A DNA stretch of 64,000 bases from Acidimicrobiia bacterium (GTDB lineage: Bacteria > Actinomycetota > Acidimicrobiia > Spongiisociales > UBA5794), in NCBI GenBank assembly GCA_030066755.1, contig JASJAX010000001.1:14341-78340 (forward strand), in the 5' to 3' direction. A program made the position numbers and the translations under genes. The notes under the pieces are model-generated. The model was not told the origin of the DNA, searched no databases, and saw only the letters and a program-made list of their open reading frames with translations. Below, one piece after another: positions 9,491-18,902 of the stretch (its first letter is position 1; every line of letters starts with the position of its first letter).

Positions 9491-9553
9491 CGACTGACGA
9501 CTGGCGACTGGCGACTGGCGACTGGCGACTGGCGACTGGCGACTGGCGACTGG
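9491..9553. repeat. heptanucleotide tandem array, 9 units of CGACTG(A/G)
   Basis: cgactga then cgactgg x8. Ends 24 nt upstream of the uppP ATG, in a 95-bp intergenic gap. Confidence 0.85.
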
Positions 9554-9576
9554 CGAAAGCCCTAACCTCAGCCGCC

Positions 9577-10335
9577 ATGCTCGAAGCAATCTTGTGGGGG
9601 CTCGTCCAGGGCTTGACCGAGTTTCTGCCGATCTCGTCGAGCGGGCACCTGGTATTGGTTCCCGAGCTGCTCGGCCTCGACCCCCCGGACCTCGCAACCT
9701 CGGCGGTACTCCATCTCGGGACGCTGGTCGCCGTGCTGGTGTACTTCAGAGCTGAAGTCATCGCCATGTTGCGCTTCACCGACGAGGGGAAGCACCTTCT
9801 TCGACTCCTGATCGTAGGGTCCATCCCAGCGGTCGTCCTCGGACTGGCATTCGAGTCTCGTCTCGAGACGATCAACGACACTCCGCGACTCGTGGCGCTC
9901 TTCCTCATGGTCGCCGGACTCGTCTTCATTGCGACTCGATGGCTCCCGGTTGGCCGGCGTTCCGTCGAATCGTCGTCACTCCGGGACGCCTTGCTCCTCG
10001 GGCTCGGTCAGGCACTGGCACTCATCCCGGGCGTGTCCCGGTCCGGATCGACGATCTCGACGGGCCTCGCACGAGGTTTCGATCGTGCCCAAGCGGCCCG
10101 GTACTCGTTCATCCTCGGCATCCCGGTGATCGCCGGGGCGGGGCTGTTGCAGTTCGTCGAACTGGCCTCGGAGGACGGCGGAATTGGGATCGAGACCATC
10201 GTTGGCATGCTCGTGGCTGCCGTATCGGGTTACGCCGCGATTGCCTTCCTGCTGCGGCTCATCCGCTCTACGGGTCTCGCCCCGTTCGGGGCGTACTGTG
10301 TGGTTGCCGGCGCGATTGCGCTGATCCTCGTATGA
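9577..10335 (+). CDS. uppP: undecaprenyl-diphosphatase UppP (BacA)
   Basis: MLEAILWGLVQGLTEFLPISSSGHL...PGVSRSGSTI are BacA signature motifs. ATG at 9577. Confidence 0.85.
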   Translation: MLEAILWGLVQGLTEFLPISSSGHLVLVPELLGLDPPDLATSAVLHLGTLVAVLVYFRAEVIAMLRFTDEGKHLLRLLIVGSIPAVVLGLAFESRLETINDTPRLVALFLMVAGLVFIATRWLPVGRRSVESSSLRDALLLGLGQALALIPGVSRSGSTISTGLARGFDRAQAARYSFILGIPVIAGAGLLQFVELASEDGGIGIETIVGMLVAAVSGYAAIAFLLRLIRSTGLAPFGAYCVVAGAIALILV

Positions 10336-10336
10336 G

Positions 10337-10735
10337 TCACGCAGTCCAGTAGCAAAGCGCTCGTCGTTCGCCGGCGTCCCAAGCTTCCTCGGTCGGGATC
10401 AGCCAGCCAACCGAACGGTTCATGCTCGAGAACCCACCGGTGTCCTCTTCGTAGAGACGACTGCACCAGTTGGGGAGGATCCCGTTGAAGTCCCGCACGG
10501 GGAGATACTCGTCGTAGTCGGAGAAGTCGACCCAGCCGATGACATTGGCGACGTCGCTGCGAAGACACGAGCGACGCTGCACCCGGTCCAGTTCGTCTGG
10601 CAGGTTGTCCAAGCTGAAGCAGTCGCCAGGCTCGAGCGTGTCGACCGCAGGCTCCGAGAAGTCGGCGAACGAACGTGCGCCGACAACCAGCGCCCCGATG
10701 ACCAGGAAGACCCCAAGCATCCCAATGAACTTCAT
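10337..10735 (-). CDS. hypothetical secreted protein (possibly septum-formation family)
   Basis: N-terminal TM/signal sequence (MKFIGMLGVFLVIGALVVGA). Conserved Cys residues (GDCF..., SCL, WCS). Confidence 0.4.
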   Translation of the reverse strand: MKFIGMLGVFLVIGALVVGARSFADFSEPAVDTLEPGDCFSLDNLPDELDRVQRRSCLRSDVANVIGWVDFSDYDEYLPVRDFNGILPNWCSRLYEEDTGGFSSMNRSVGWLIPTEEAWDAGERRALCYWTA

Positions 10736-10818
10736 GTCGCCAAGATCGGCCGCCCACGGACCTCGCTTGAGCGCCAGCGACGCTCGACCTGGAACATGCG
10801 ACACGAGACTTGGAGCTC

Positions 10819-10850
10819 GCTACCTGGGACTTGGGACTTGAGACCTGGGA
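10819..10850. repeat. heptanucleotide tandem array, about 4 units of AC(C/T)TGGG
   Basis: acctggg acttggg acttgag acctggg. Confidence 0.7.
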
Positions 10851-10857
10851 CGCTCCC

Positions 10858-12507
10858 TCAAATCCCGTACGCCGAACTCATCCGCAACTGTTCAGCGATG
10901 TGGACGTTGACCAAGGCCGGTACCCCACTTGCCTCGGCTCGCTCGAGCGCCGGGCGCACCTCTGCAGGATCATCGACGAACTCTCCATATCCGCCCAGAC
11001 CATCGACCATCGCGTGATAGGGGCGAATGCCGAGGTCGGCGCCAACCATCCGGTCGGGATACAGCATCCGGTGGATGACCTTGATGTTGTTCCAGGCACC
11101 GTCGTTGCCGACGACCCCCACCACCGGCAGCTGGTGGCGAATCAACGTGTCGTACTCCATGCCGTTGAAGCCGAACGAGCCGTCGCCGTAGACAATCCCA
11201 ACGCGGCGATCCGGCTCGACCACCTTCGCGGCCGTCGCAAACGGCGCACCGACACCGAGACAGCCAAACGGCCCGGGATCGAGCAATCCTCCCGGGCGTG
11301 AGGTGTGCAGCCACTTGGCGGTCGTCGAGACGATGTCGCCTCCGTCGGCGCACACGATGCTCTCGTCCCCGAAGAAGTCGGCGACCTCGCGAGCAAATCG
11401 CTCGGGATGCACCGGCGAAGCATCCGAAGCGGCGGCTTCCTCTGCCGCAGCTCGCTTCGCCTTCTCGGCAGCCTGGATGGTCTCGAGCCAGCTCGACGCC
11501 ATCGGTGTGCCGAACTTCCCGGCCGCTTCGGCCAGTTGGGCGGCAACCACACCGGGATCTGCTGCGATCCCGACGTCGGCTCCGCGGTTCCACCCGACCT
11601 TGGTTGCCTCGGCATCCACGTGGACCACCTTGGTCTCCAGCCCGATCTTGCTGCCGTATCCGGTGCGGAAGTCCCAGTCGACGCCGAGTGCGACCACGAC
11701 ATCGGCGTCGCGGAAGGCCGCAGAGCGAGCCCGATTGCCAAGAAGCGGATGGTCGAACCGAAGCGAACCGCGAGCGAGGCTGTTCAGGAATACCGGTGCC
11801 CCGAGGGCGCCGGCAAACGCATCGAGTGCGCCTGACGGATCCCCGTGACGACTCCATCGGTACCCGGTGCCGGCAAACACCACCGGGCGATCTGCGCCGG
11901 CGAGGAGCTGAGCGACCTCGTCGATCGCTGCCGGATCGGCGCCGCTGGGCCGGCCGGGCCGGTACCCCTGTGGCCATGCGATCGCGGTCTCCTCGACCAT
12001 CGTTGTCTGCACATCCCATGGGATGTCGAGGAACACCGGCCCTCCCCGACCGGCAAACGCGTGCCGGGCGGCGGTGGCGACATACTCGGGAAGGCGTCCG
12101 GCGTCGAAGGCGGTGGCGGCCCAACGGGTGATGGAGTGGAACAGCCTCGGGTGGTCCATCTCCTGAAGACCGCCGCGGAGGTCTTCGCCGGTCAAGTGCC
12201 GGCCGCCGATCAGCAGCATCGGCGTGTTTGCGTACCACGCGTTCGCCACGCCGGTCAGAGCATCGGTGACCCCGGGTCCGGCGGTGACGATTGCGACGCC
12301 CAGTCGCCCGGTGAGCCGGGCGTAGGCATCGGCAGCGTGCGCTGCGGCCTGCTCGTGACGAACGTCGACGACACGAATGCCCTCTTGAACACACCCGTCG
12401 ATGATGGCCAGGACATGGCCGCCGGTGAGCATGAACACCGTGTCGACGCCCTCAGCTTTGAGGGCTCGCGCCACCGCCTGGCCTGCCTGGATCTTCGCCA
12501 CATTCAC
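10858..12507 (-). CDS. thiamine-pyrophosphate-dependent enzyme, acetolactate-synthase-like
   Basis: Three-domain TPP enzyme: N-terminal Pyr domain (GVDTVFMLTGGH...), C-terminal GDGSFGFN TPP-binding motif. GTG start at 12507 with GAGAGG upstream. Confidence 0.75.
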   Translation of the reverse strand: MNVAKIQAGQAVARALKAEGVDTVFMLTGGHVLAIIDGCVQEGIRVVDVRHEQAAAHAADAYARLTGRLGVAIVTAGPGVTDALTGVANAWYANTPMLLIGGRHLTGEDLRGGLQEMDHPRLFHSITRWAATAFDAGRLPEYVATAARHAFAGRGGPVFLDIPWDVQTTMVEETAIAWPQGYRPGRPSGADPAAIDEVAQLLAGADRPVVFAGTGYRWSRHGDPSGALDAFAGALGAPVFLNSLARGSLRFDHPLLGNRARSAAFRDADVVVALGVDWDFRTGYGSKIGLETKVVHVDAEATKVGWNRGADVGIAADPGVVAAQLAEAAGKFGTPMASSWLETIQAAEKAKRAAAEEAAASDASPVHPERFAREVADFFGDESIVCADGGDIVSTTAKWLHTSRPGGLLDPGPFGCLGVGAPFATAAKVVEPDRRVGIVYGDGSFGFNGMEYDTLIRHQLPVVGVVGNDGAWNNIKVIHRMLYPDRMVGADLGIRPYHAMVDGLGGYGEFVDDPAEVRPALERAEASGVPALVNVHIAEQLRMSSAYGI

Positions 12508-12605
12508 CTCTCGCGCGCTGGCAGCCGATTCTGCCGACGCCCGAGCCGGCTCGCAATCCGTCCCGGCGGTTTCCACTTCGATGCAGCGTCGGTACGCTTT
12601 CTCCC

Positions 12606-13757
12606 GTGGCCAAGCAGCTCGTGATCGCAATGACGGTGCTGGCGCTCGCCCTCACGGCGTGTGGGGCTGAGCCGAGCGCTGAGGCAGCTGCGCCCGCGCC
12701 GACGTCGTCGGCCTCGACGACAGCGCCGCCGACGACGACCACAGCAACCACCACGGTGGCGCCAACGACCACAACGTTGCCGCCGCCAACCACAACCACA
12801 CTGCCGCCTCGGGAGCCGATCGTGCTCGGCTTCGCCGGTGACACGTCGTTCACCCACAGCTTGCACGCCCGCGATCCGCTCGGCGACATCACTGCAGAGC
12901 TTTCAGCCCCGGATGCGATGTTCGTGAACCTCGAGACCACCGTCGCAGAGTCCGACGTCGGCCGCCGGGTGAACAAGACCTACACCTTCAAGTCACCTCC
13001 GGAGTCGGTCCAGCTGCTGACCGCCGCCGGCATCGACGTCGTCCAACTCGCCAACAACCACATTCTCGACTTCGAACGGCCCGCCCTCCTCCGTACGCTC
13101 GAACTGCTCGACGAGGGCGGCGTCGCCCACGCCGGCGCCGGCACCGACCCCGAGGCGGCCTATGCCCCCCGCTACGTCGAAGTCGGCGACTGGACGATCG
13201 GCCTCGTGGCATTGAACCGGGTGCCCTGCAGCTGGTCCGTTTCGGGCGAGAACACGCGACCTGAGGTGGCCTGGACGTGCGACCCGTTCATCCTCGACGG
13301 AATGGCGTCCGTGCTCGAGGCATCGCTCAACAGCGACCTCGTCGTGGTCATGGCCCATTGGGGCATCGAACGAGACAACTGCCCTCAGCCGTATCAGCGC
13401 GATCTGGCAACAGCTTGGGCGGAGGTGGGGGCCGACCTGATCATCGGCGGACATCCCCACGTCCTTCAGGGCGTGGAGCGCATCGGCGACGCCTGGCTGG
13501 TGCATTCGACCGGCAACTTCGCATTTCCTTCGGCTCGCGGCCCGAGCGCCCGTTCAGCCATGTTCGAGTTCACCATCGCCGAGGATGACATCGGGCTCCG
13601 AGCCATCCCCGTGCGCATCACGTCCGGCAGACCGGCACCGGCGACCGGAAGCGACGCCGAGGCAATCCTGGCCGACTTGAGCCGCTGGTCATTTGGCTGG
13701 ACGTTCGACGAATCTGGCGTCGCCGTACCGACCGACGAAGCGGGTCGCTGCCAATAG
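12606..13757 (+). CDS. CapA-family metallophosphatase-like lipoprotein
   Basis: Lipobox LALTAC. Thr/Pro-rich linker. CapA/PGA-synthesis-like motifs (GDTSF...ANNH...GGHPH). Confidence 0.65.
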   Translation: MAKQLVIAMTVLALALTACGAEPSAEAAAPAPTSSASTTAPPTTTTATTTVAPTTTTLPPPTTTTLPPREPIVLGFAGDTSFTHSLHARDPLGDITAELSAPDAMFVNLETTVAESDVGRRVNKTYTFKSPPESVQLLTAAGIDVVQLANNHILDFERPALLRTLELLDEGGVAHAGAGTDPEAAYAPRYVEVGDWTIGLVALNRVPCSWSVSGENTRPEVAWTCDPFILDGMASVLEASLNSDLVVVMAHWGIERDNCPQPYQRDLATAWAEVGADLIIGGHPHVLQGVERIGDAWLVHSTGNFAFPSARGPSARSAMFEFTIAEDDIGLRAIPVRITSGRPAPATGSDAEAILADLSRWSFGWTFDESGVAVPTDEAGRCQ

Positions 13758-13824
13758 GCAATTCGGTCGATTCGGGCCGCTCCACGCCGGTATAGCCTGA
13801 CGCCTGACGACGCATGGAGGATTG

Positions 13825-14679
13825 ATGGGCATCGAACGGGTTGGGATCGTCGGCGGCGGTCAGATGGGCGCCGGTATCGCCGAGGTATGCATCAAGGCCG
13901 GTGTCGACGTGTTCGTCCACGAGATCAACGACGACTTGGCGGCCGCAGCGCGGTCGAGGGTCGAGAAATCCCTCGGACGAGCGGTGGAGAAGGGGAAGCT
14001 CGACGAGACGGGCCGCAACGAGGCGTTGTCCTTGCTGCGGACCGGCAGTGACCTCGACGCCATGGCCGACCGTGATCTCGTCGTCGAGGCTGTGATCGAG
14101 GATGAGGGCATCAAGAAGGCCCTCTTCGAAGACCTCGACCGTATCGTCGAATCAACGAGCGCAATCCTGGCGTCGAACACTTCGTCGATTCCGATCACAC
14201 GAATTGGCCAAGCGACGTCACGACCGGAAGCCGTCGTCGGGATGCACTTCTTCAACCCGGCACCAGTGATGCCCCTCGTCGAGATCGTGCGGAGCCCGGT
14301 GAGCAGTGACGACACCGTGGAGCGTGCGGCGTCGTTCGCTGCGGACCGGCTTGGCAAGACCGTGGTGCACGCCAAGGATCGGGCCGGCTTCATCGTCAAC
14401 ATGCTCCTGTGTCCGTACATCATCGACGCGATCCGGATGTACGAGTCGGGCTTCGCCACCAAGGAGGACATCGACGCCGGAATGGTGAACGGCGCCGGCT
14501 ATCCCATGGGACCGCTGACCCTGAGCGACCTGATTGGCAATGACACGATGCTCGCCGTAGCCGAGTCACTCTTCGAGGAGTTCCGCGAGGCCCGCTACGC
14601 CCCGCCGCCACTGCTCAAGCGCATGGTGGAGGCGGGCCTGCTCGGCAGGAAGACCGGCCAGGGGTTCTACTCGTATTGA
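13825..14679 (+). CDS. 3-hydroxyacyl-CoA / 3-hydroxybutyryl-CoA dehydrogenase
   Basis: GIVGGGQMGAGIA Rossmann motif, NTSSI, and the C-terminal 3HCDH domain. GGAGG upstream. Confidence 0.85.
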   Translation: MGIERVGIVGGGQMGAGIAEVCIKAGVDVFVHEINDDLAAAARSRVEKSLGRAVEKGKLDETGRNEALSLLRTGSDLDAMADRDLVVEAVIEDEGIKKALFEDLDRIVESTSAILASNTSSIPITRIGQATSRPEAVVGMHFFNPAPVMPLVEIVRSPVSSDDTVERAASFAADRLGKTVVHAKDRAGFIVNMLLCPYIIDAIRMYESGFATKEDIDAGMVNGAGYPMGPLTLSDLIGNDTMLAVAESLFEEFREARYAPPPLLKRMVEAGLLGRKTGQGFYSY

Positions 14680-14704
14680 GTACTGAGAACTGAGTACTGA
14701 GACT
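14675..14704. repeat. heptanucleotide tandem array, 4 units of TGAG(T/A)AC
   Basis: tgagtac tgagaac tgagtac tgagact. Starts at the stop codon of the upstream gene. Confidence 0.7.
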
Positions 14705-14796
14705 CCTCGAGGCCAATGCGACGCACGCTTGCCGATCATCGTGCGTTGGTTGGGTTCATCGCTTTCTCGGCGCGGAGACCTGTGCGGAATGCGCCT

Positions 14797-15519
14797 TCAA
14801 GACGATCGCGGCCTGAAACTCAACTGACGCCCAATCACGGTGAGTCCAAGCGAACCTGCGAGCCTCTGCGAACCTTGGTTGTCCTCGGCCGCCCGCCATT
14901 GGGCGAGAAGCCCATTGCTCGAGGCAAGTCCGAGGGCGGCCGCAGCTGCGATGGTCCCGTACCCCGCACCGCGGGCATCCGGAACGGTCAAGACGCTCAT
15001 GTGGGCAATCGACTCCGGCCACCGTCGATACCCGCTTGCGCTGACCGGATCTCCGTCTGCATCGCGTGATAGAAACACACCCGAATCCGTCCTCATCAGA
15101 TCGCTCTCCGCTCGTTCCTCGGGTGAACAGCGCTCGAGGACACGTTGAACTCGCCAGTCGCTGGGAGCGACCGGACCCAGCGCTCCGGACATGGCCTCCG
15201 TGGGGCCACTGCCGTAGGCAAGCACCGCAGGGCCGAGGCATTGAGCAGGTTCTCCGAACACCCCCGCAACCCCGCGCACTGTGGTCAAGGCGTCGATGGC
15301 GGGCGACATTGCGAGTCCACGATCGACCACGGTACGAAACTCGTTCGGGGTGGCGATCACCACGCGGTCGTAGAGGGAGACGATCCCAATCCAGCCGGAC
15401 GGCGAGAGCCGATGGCGGTCCGACTCAACCACTGTGACACCGGAACTCTGGAGAGCCGTCTGCCCACCCGACAGTCCCCGCCAGAGCCCGGCGATCTGGG
15501 CGAGCATGTCGGTATCCAT
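14797..15519 (-). CDS. hypothetical protein, possibly GNAT-like acetyltransferase
   Basis: The ORF contains ARGAGYGTIAAAAAL, which resembles a GNAT acetyl-CoA binding motif. Weak call. Confidence 0.35.
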   Translation of the reverse strand: MDTDMLAQIAGLWRGLSGGQTALQSSGVTVVESDRHRLSPSGWIGIVSLYDRVVIATPNEFRTVVDRGLAMSPAIDALTTVRGVAGVFGEPAQCLGPAVLAYGSGPTEAMSGALGPVAPSDWRVQRVLERCSPEERAESDLMRTDSGVFLSRDADGDPVSASGYRRWPESIAHMSVLTVPDARGAGYGTIAAAAALGLASSNGLLAQWRAAEDNQGSQRLAGSLGLTVIGRQLSFRPRSS

Positions 15520-15739
15520 GACCCGATCATCCCAGGTCTGGTGCCGAGGCCCGAACCGCGAGCGAGCCAACCGATCACCAGCCACGGAGCAGTAGCGCAG
15601 ATGTCCCCCACCGCGAGATCGGCACATCGGCGCTCACCCGGAAGCGGCACCCGCGCCGGTTCAGTGAGAAGGTCGGCGTCGGTTGCCGTCGCGCGAGTAG
15701 GTTCGAGTCCGCCGGCTTCCGACGGAAAGGAAACCCATC

Positions 15740-16132
15740 GTGGCAGCACCGATAGTCCATGTGGAGGTACGAGGGCTGGACGAACCGTTGCTCAGGAGCT
15801 TCTATGCCGACATCTTCGGCTGGATGCGCAGCGAGGAGCTTTCGATCGACGACTACTCGATCTCGGAGATCGGCGGCAACGGCCTCACGGCAGCCACCGG
15901 GCGGGTCGCCGATTGGCACGCACGAGAGTGCCTCTTCTACATCCAGGTAGATGACCTCGACGAAACCCTCACGAAGATCGAAGCTGCCGGCGGAAAGGCA
16001 GTGATGCCGAAGACGGTTGGGCCCGATGACTTTCCTGCCGAGCACATCCGAGTGTTCACCCAGTTCATCGATCCGGCCGGAAACGTCGTCGGCCTCGTCG
16101 AGACACCGCGTCCTCGCAGCAACCGCCCGTGA
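15740..16132 (+). CDS. VOC-family (glyoxalase/bleomycin-resistance-like) protein
   Basis: 130 aa. HVEVRGLDEPLLRSFYADIFGW...AGNVVGLVE is typical of a VOC fold. Confidence 0.7.
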   Translation: MAAPIVHVEVRGLDEPLLRSFYADIFGWMRSEELSIDDYSISEIGGNGLTAATGRVADWHARECLFYIQVDDLDETLTKIEAAGGKAVMPKTVGPDDFPAEHIRVFTQFIDPAGNVVGLVETPRPRSNRP

Positions 16133-16295
16133 TGTCATACGTGAGTGCGCTCACGTCGAATCACTCGAGCCGCCAGATCCTTGGCAACCGTCGATGGTGA
16201 ATCCGGCCAGGCTCCCACTCCTGTGGAGTCGGCGGTGAACCTGGACTGACCGAAAGCGTCTCGGCCGCAACGCTCACACAGATTGAAGGCCGGGA

Positions 16296-16721
16296 TCAGA
16301 GCGCTTTGACGGCGCCCTCGCGTTCGAGGACTCGTTGGAACTGGTCCTTCTTCACCAGGCCGGAGCTGCGCCAGCGGGGGGCAAGCGGGTTCTGTCGACC
16401 CTTGGGGCGATCCTTCGCCCGCTTGGCTGCCTTCTTCGAGACCTTCGGCGGGGTGTTGCTGAGCACCATGAAGGTCGGCGTGGATCGGATCTGAAACGCT
16501 TGGGCGGCGCCCGGAACGACGCCGACATCGACCTTGACGATGTGGGCCGACTCGCCGTACTCCTCCGCGAGCTCGTTGACGATGCCGTCCATGATCTTGC
16601 AGGAGCGGCAGTTGACCTGCATGAAGTCCAGCAACACGGGCTTGCCCGATTCGATCATCGGCTTGAGCTCATCGAGCGACTGCATCTTGACGGGCTTTGG
16701 CTTGCGGGAGAAGAGCGGCAT
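16296..16721 (-). CDS. thioredoxin-family protein
   Basis: VLLDFMQVNCRSCK has a CxxC redox motif in a thioredoxin fold context. Lys-rich C-terminal tail. Confidence 0.7.
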   Translation of the reverse strand: MPLFSRKPKPVKMQSLDELKPMIESGKPVLLDFMQVNCRSCKIMDGIVNELAEEYGESAHIVKVDVGVVPGAAQAFQIRSTPTFMVLSNTPPKVSKKAAKRAKDRPKGRQNPLAPRWRSSGLVKKDQFQRVLEREGAVKAL

Positions 16722-16893
16722 GAAGGTCCTGGGTCGGGTTCTCTCCGTGCGAACGCACGAGGGCACCGAAGTATGCCGGGCACGGAGACGTGTACCAAGT
16801 TCTGCAGTGTGGCCGACCCAGGCGCCTCCAGCCGCCGGCACCCAGCCTCCAGTGTTGGACACTCGCTCCCGAACGCGAGTGCCCGCACTACAG

Positions 16894-16935
16894 GCTGGTG
16901 GCTGGTGGCTGGTGGCTGGTGGCTGGTGGCTGGCC
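16894..16935. repeat. heptanucleotide tandem array, about 6 units of GCTGGTG
   Basis: gctggtg x5 then gctggcc. Lies in the divergent promoter region between the thioredoxin gene and an SDR gene, 38 nt before the SDR ATG. Confidence 0.8.
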
Positions 16936-16972
16936 AATAGGATGCTCGCAATTGGGCGAGCGGGAGGAACTC

Positions 16973-17704
16973 ATGAGTGTCGTCAGTCTGGTCACGGGGG
17001 CCGGATCTGGGATTGGTGCGGCGACGTGTCGAGTGCTGGCTGAGCGCGGCGACCGAGTCGTCTGTGTCGACATCGACGCCGACTCCGCGCAACGCACTGC
17101 CGATGAGGTCGATGGCTCGATCGCAGTTGGCGCCGATGTGACCGACGCTGCCGACCTCGAACGGGCGGTGACCACCGTCGTGGAGCAGCTGGGCGGAATC
17201 CACAACGTCGTGACCTGCGCCGGCATCGAAATCGGTGGGCACGCCCTCGACGTCGAACCGGAGACGTTCCGACGAATCCTGGACGTGAACGTCACGGGGA
17301 GCTTCCTCACCGCACAAGCCGCCGCACGGGCAATGCGTGATGCGAGTCACGGCGGGTCGATCGTTCTCATTGGATCGCTCAACTCGCAAGCGGCGCTCCC
17401 GGGAGCGTCGGCCTACGTCGCCTCGAAGGGGGGCGTGTTGATGCTCGGCAAGGCGCTGGCGCTCGATTTCGCTCCGCACGGCATCCGGGTCAACATCATC
17501 GGGCCGGGTGTGACCGATACGCCCATGAGCGCAGCGACCCTTGCCGATCCAGAGCGATCGGCCATCTTCCTCGACCGGATCCCGCTCGGCCGCGCAGCTG
17601 ATCCCGCCGAGATCGGTCGTGCCGCTGCGTTCCTCACGTCGGCCGATGCCAGCTACATCACGGGAGCCTTCCTCCCGGTCGATGGGGGTTGGCTCGCCAA
17701 GTAG
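16973..17704 (+). CDS. SDR-family oxidoreductase
   Basis: TGAGSGIGAA...NVVTCAGI...YVASKGGV...PGVTDTPM. GGGAGG RBS upstream of the ATG. Confidence 0.8.
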   Translation: MSVVSLVTGAGSGIGAATCRVLAERGDRVVCVDIDADSAQRTADEVDGSIAVGADVTDAADLERAVTTVVEQLGGIHNVVTCAGIEIGGHALDVEPETFRRILDVNVTGSFLTAQAAARAMRDASHGGSIVLIGSLNSQAALPGASAYVASKGGVLMLGKALALDFAPHGIRVNIIGPGVTDTPMSAATLADPERSAIFLDRIPLGRAADPAEIGRAAAFLTSADASYITGAFLPVDGGWLAK

Positions 17705-17810
17705 GAGTCGGTCGAGCCCTCGTGCCGAGATCGACTTCAGATACCCGAGGTCGATTGGCCGAGGGCCTCAACCCCCGACGACTCGTTGTCCGTTGCCGAT
17801 CGGGACCTCG

Positions 17811-18860
17811 CTACGCCATCCCGACGTCGACGACGTACCGCTTGCCGCCGGTGCCGTGTTCGACGATGTAGTCGAGCGTCGCCGGGACCTCGTCGAGGGT
17901 CACCGTGGGACCGACCAGCGGGCTGACGTCGAGACGACCGCCGAGATACAGCGCGTTGCCGATGAGGAAGTCCTTGCGGGTGAAACCGAAGGTCGTCACG
18001 AACGAGACCTCCCGTCGTACGAACTCGGCCAGGTAGCTCTCGAAGTTGATCGCCGTACGACCGTCGACGATGCCCATCATCATTGCCGAGCCGCCGGGAC
18101 GCAGCACTTTGATCGTCGTATCGACGCTGGACGCTTGACCCGCGGTCTCGAACCCCACGTCGAATCCGTGCGGGACACCACCGGCCTCGCGCATCGCCGA
18201 ATCGGCTTCGGCCGGCGTCATGTCGCCGACGTTGATCGTGGCGTCGACCCACGGCGCAACGGCCTCGAGCTGTGCGTCACTGACGTCGGCGGCAACGATC
18301 GTGGTTGCGCCGAACGCCTTGGCGACCTGACATACCGCAAACCCGATGCTCCCGACACCACTGACGGCAACCCGCATCCCGGCGTCGACACCGACCTTCG
18401 ACACGGCATGAACCGTGGCCGGTACGGCCGAACTGAGCATCACCGCCTCTTGAACGTTGATGTCCGGTGGCAGCGGGAAGATGTTGGCCTCCGGCGCCAG
18501 TACATACTCAGCGAACCCGCCGTCGAGGTCGATCCCGAGATGGTGCATCCACGGGCAGATACTGTCTTCGCCGCGTATGCACCACTCGCACACCCCGCAG
18601 CCAACGACGGCGTCGGAAACGACGAGCGTGCCGGGCGGTGGGCTCGCTGGTGAGCCCGCCTCGACGATCTCACCGATGATCTCGTGCCCGAGGATGCGCG
18701 GGAGCCCGCCGGTGTCCAGCATGCCCTTCACCATCTGCGTGTGGAACAGACCGGCCGCCGAAGCGACGGTACGAAGCAGCGCCCATCCTTCGCGGACTTC
18801 AGGGACGGCAATCTCGTCCATCTCGAGGCGGCCCTCACCAACCATCTGCAATGCCCGCAT
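17811..18860 (-). CDS. zinc-dependent alcohol dehydrogenase (MDR family)
   Basis: GHEIIGEIVEAG...GCGVCEWC (structural Zn) ...VSGVGSIG Rossmann motif. Confidence 0.85.
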   Translation of the reverse strand: MRALQMVGEGRLEMDEIAVPEVREGWALLRTVASAAGLFHTQMVKGMLDTGGLPRILGHEIIGEIVEAGSPASPPPGTLVVSDAVVGCGVCEWCIRGEDSICPWMHHLGIDLDGGFAEYVLAPEANIFPLPPDINVQEAVMLSSAVPATVHAVSKVGVDAGMRVAVSGVGSIGFAVCQVAKAFGATTIVAADVSDAQLEAVAPWVDATINVGDMTPAEADSAMREAGGVPHGFDVGFETAGQASSVDTTIKVLRPGGSAMMMGIVDGRTAINFESYLAEFVRREVSFVTTFGFTRKDFLIGNALYLGGRLDVSPLVGPTVTLDEVPATLDYIVEHGTGGKRYVVDVGMA

Positions 18861-18902
18861 CCTCAGCTTCCCTTCTTCTCGTTGTGTAATCGAACGACGA
18901 CG

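Noticed and set aside
9491-9553. Heptamer arrays as possible CRISPR arrays
   Set aside because: The units are 7 bp with no unique spacers. CRISPR needs repeats of about 24-48 bp separated by spacers of similar size. No cas genes are present.
12700-12830. ACC/ACG-rich low-complexity DNA
   Set aside because: It encodes an in-frame Thr/Pro-rich linker (TTTTATTTVAPTTTTLPPPTTTT) of the CapA-family lipoprotein. This is coding low complexity, not an intergenic repeat.
14716-15069. Small plus-strand ORF between the 3-hydroxyacyl-CoA dehydrogenase gene and the GNAT-like gene
   Set aside because: It overlaps the 3' part of the minus-strand gene and has no RBS or recognisable family.
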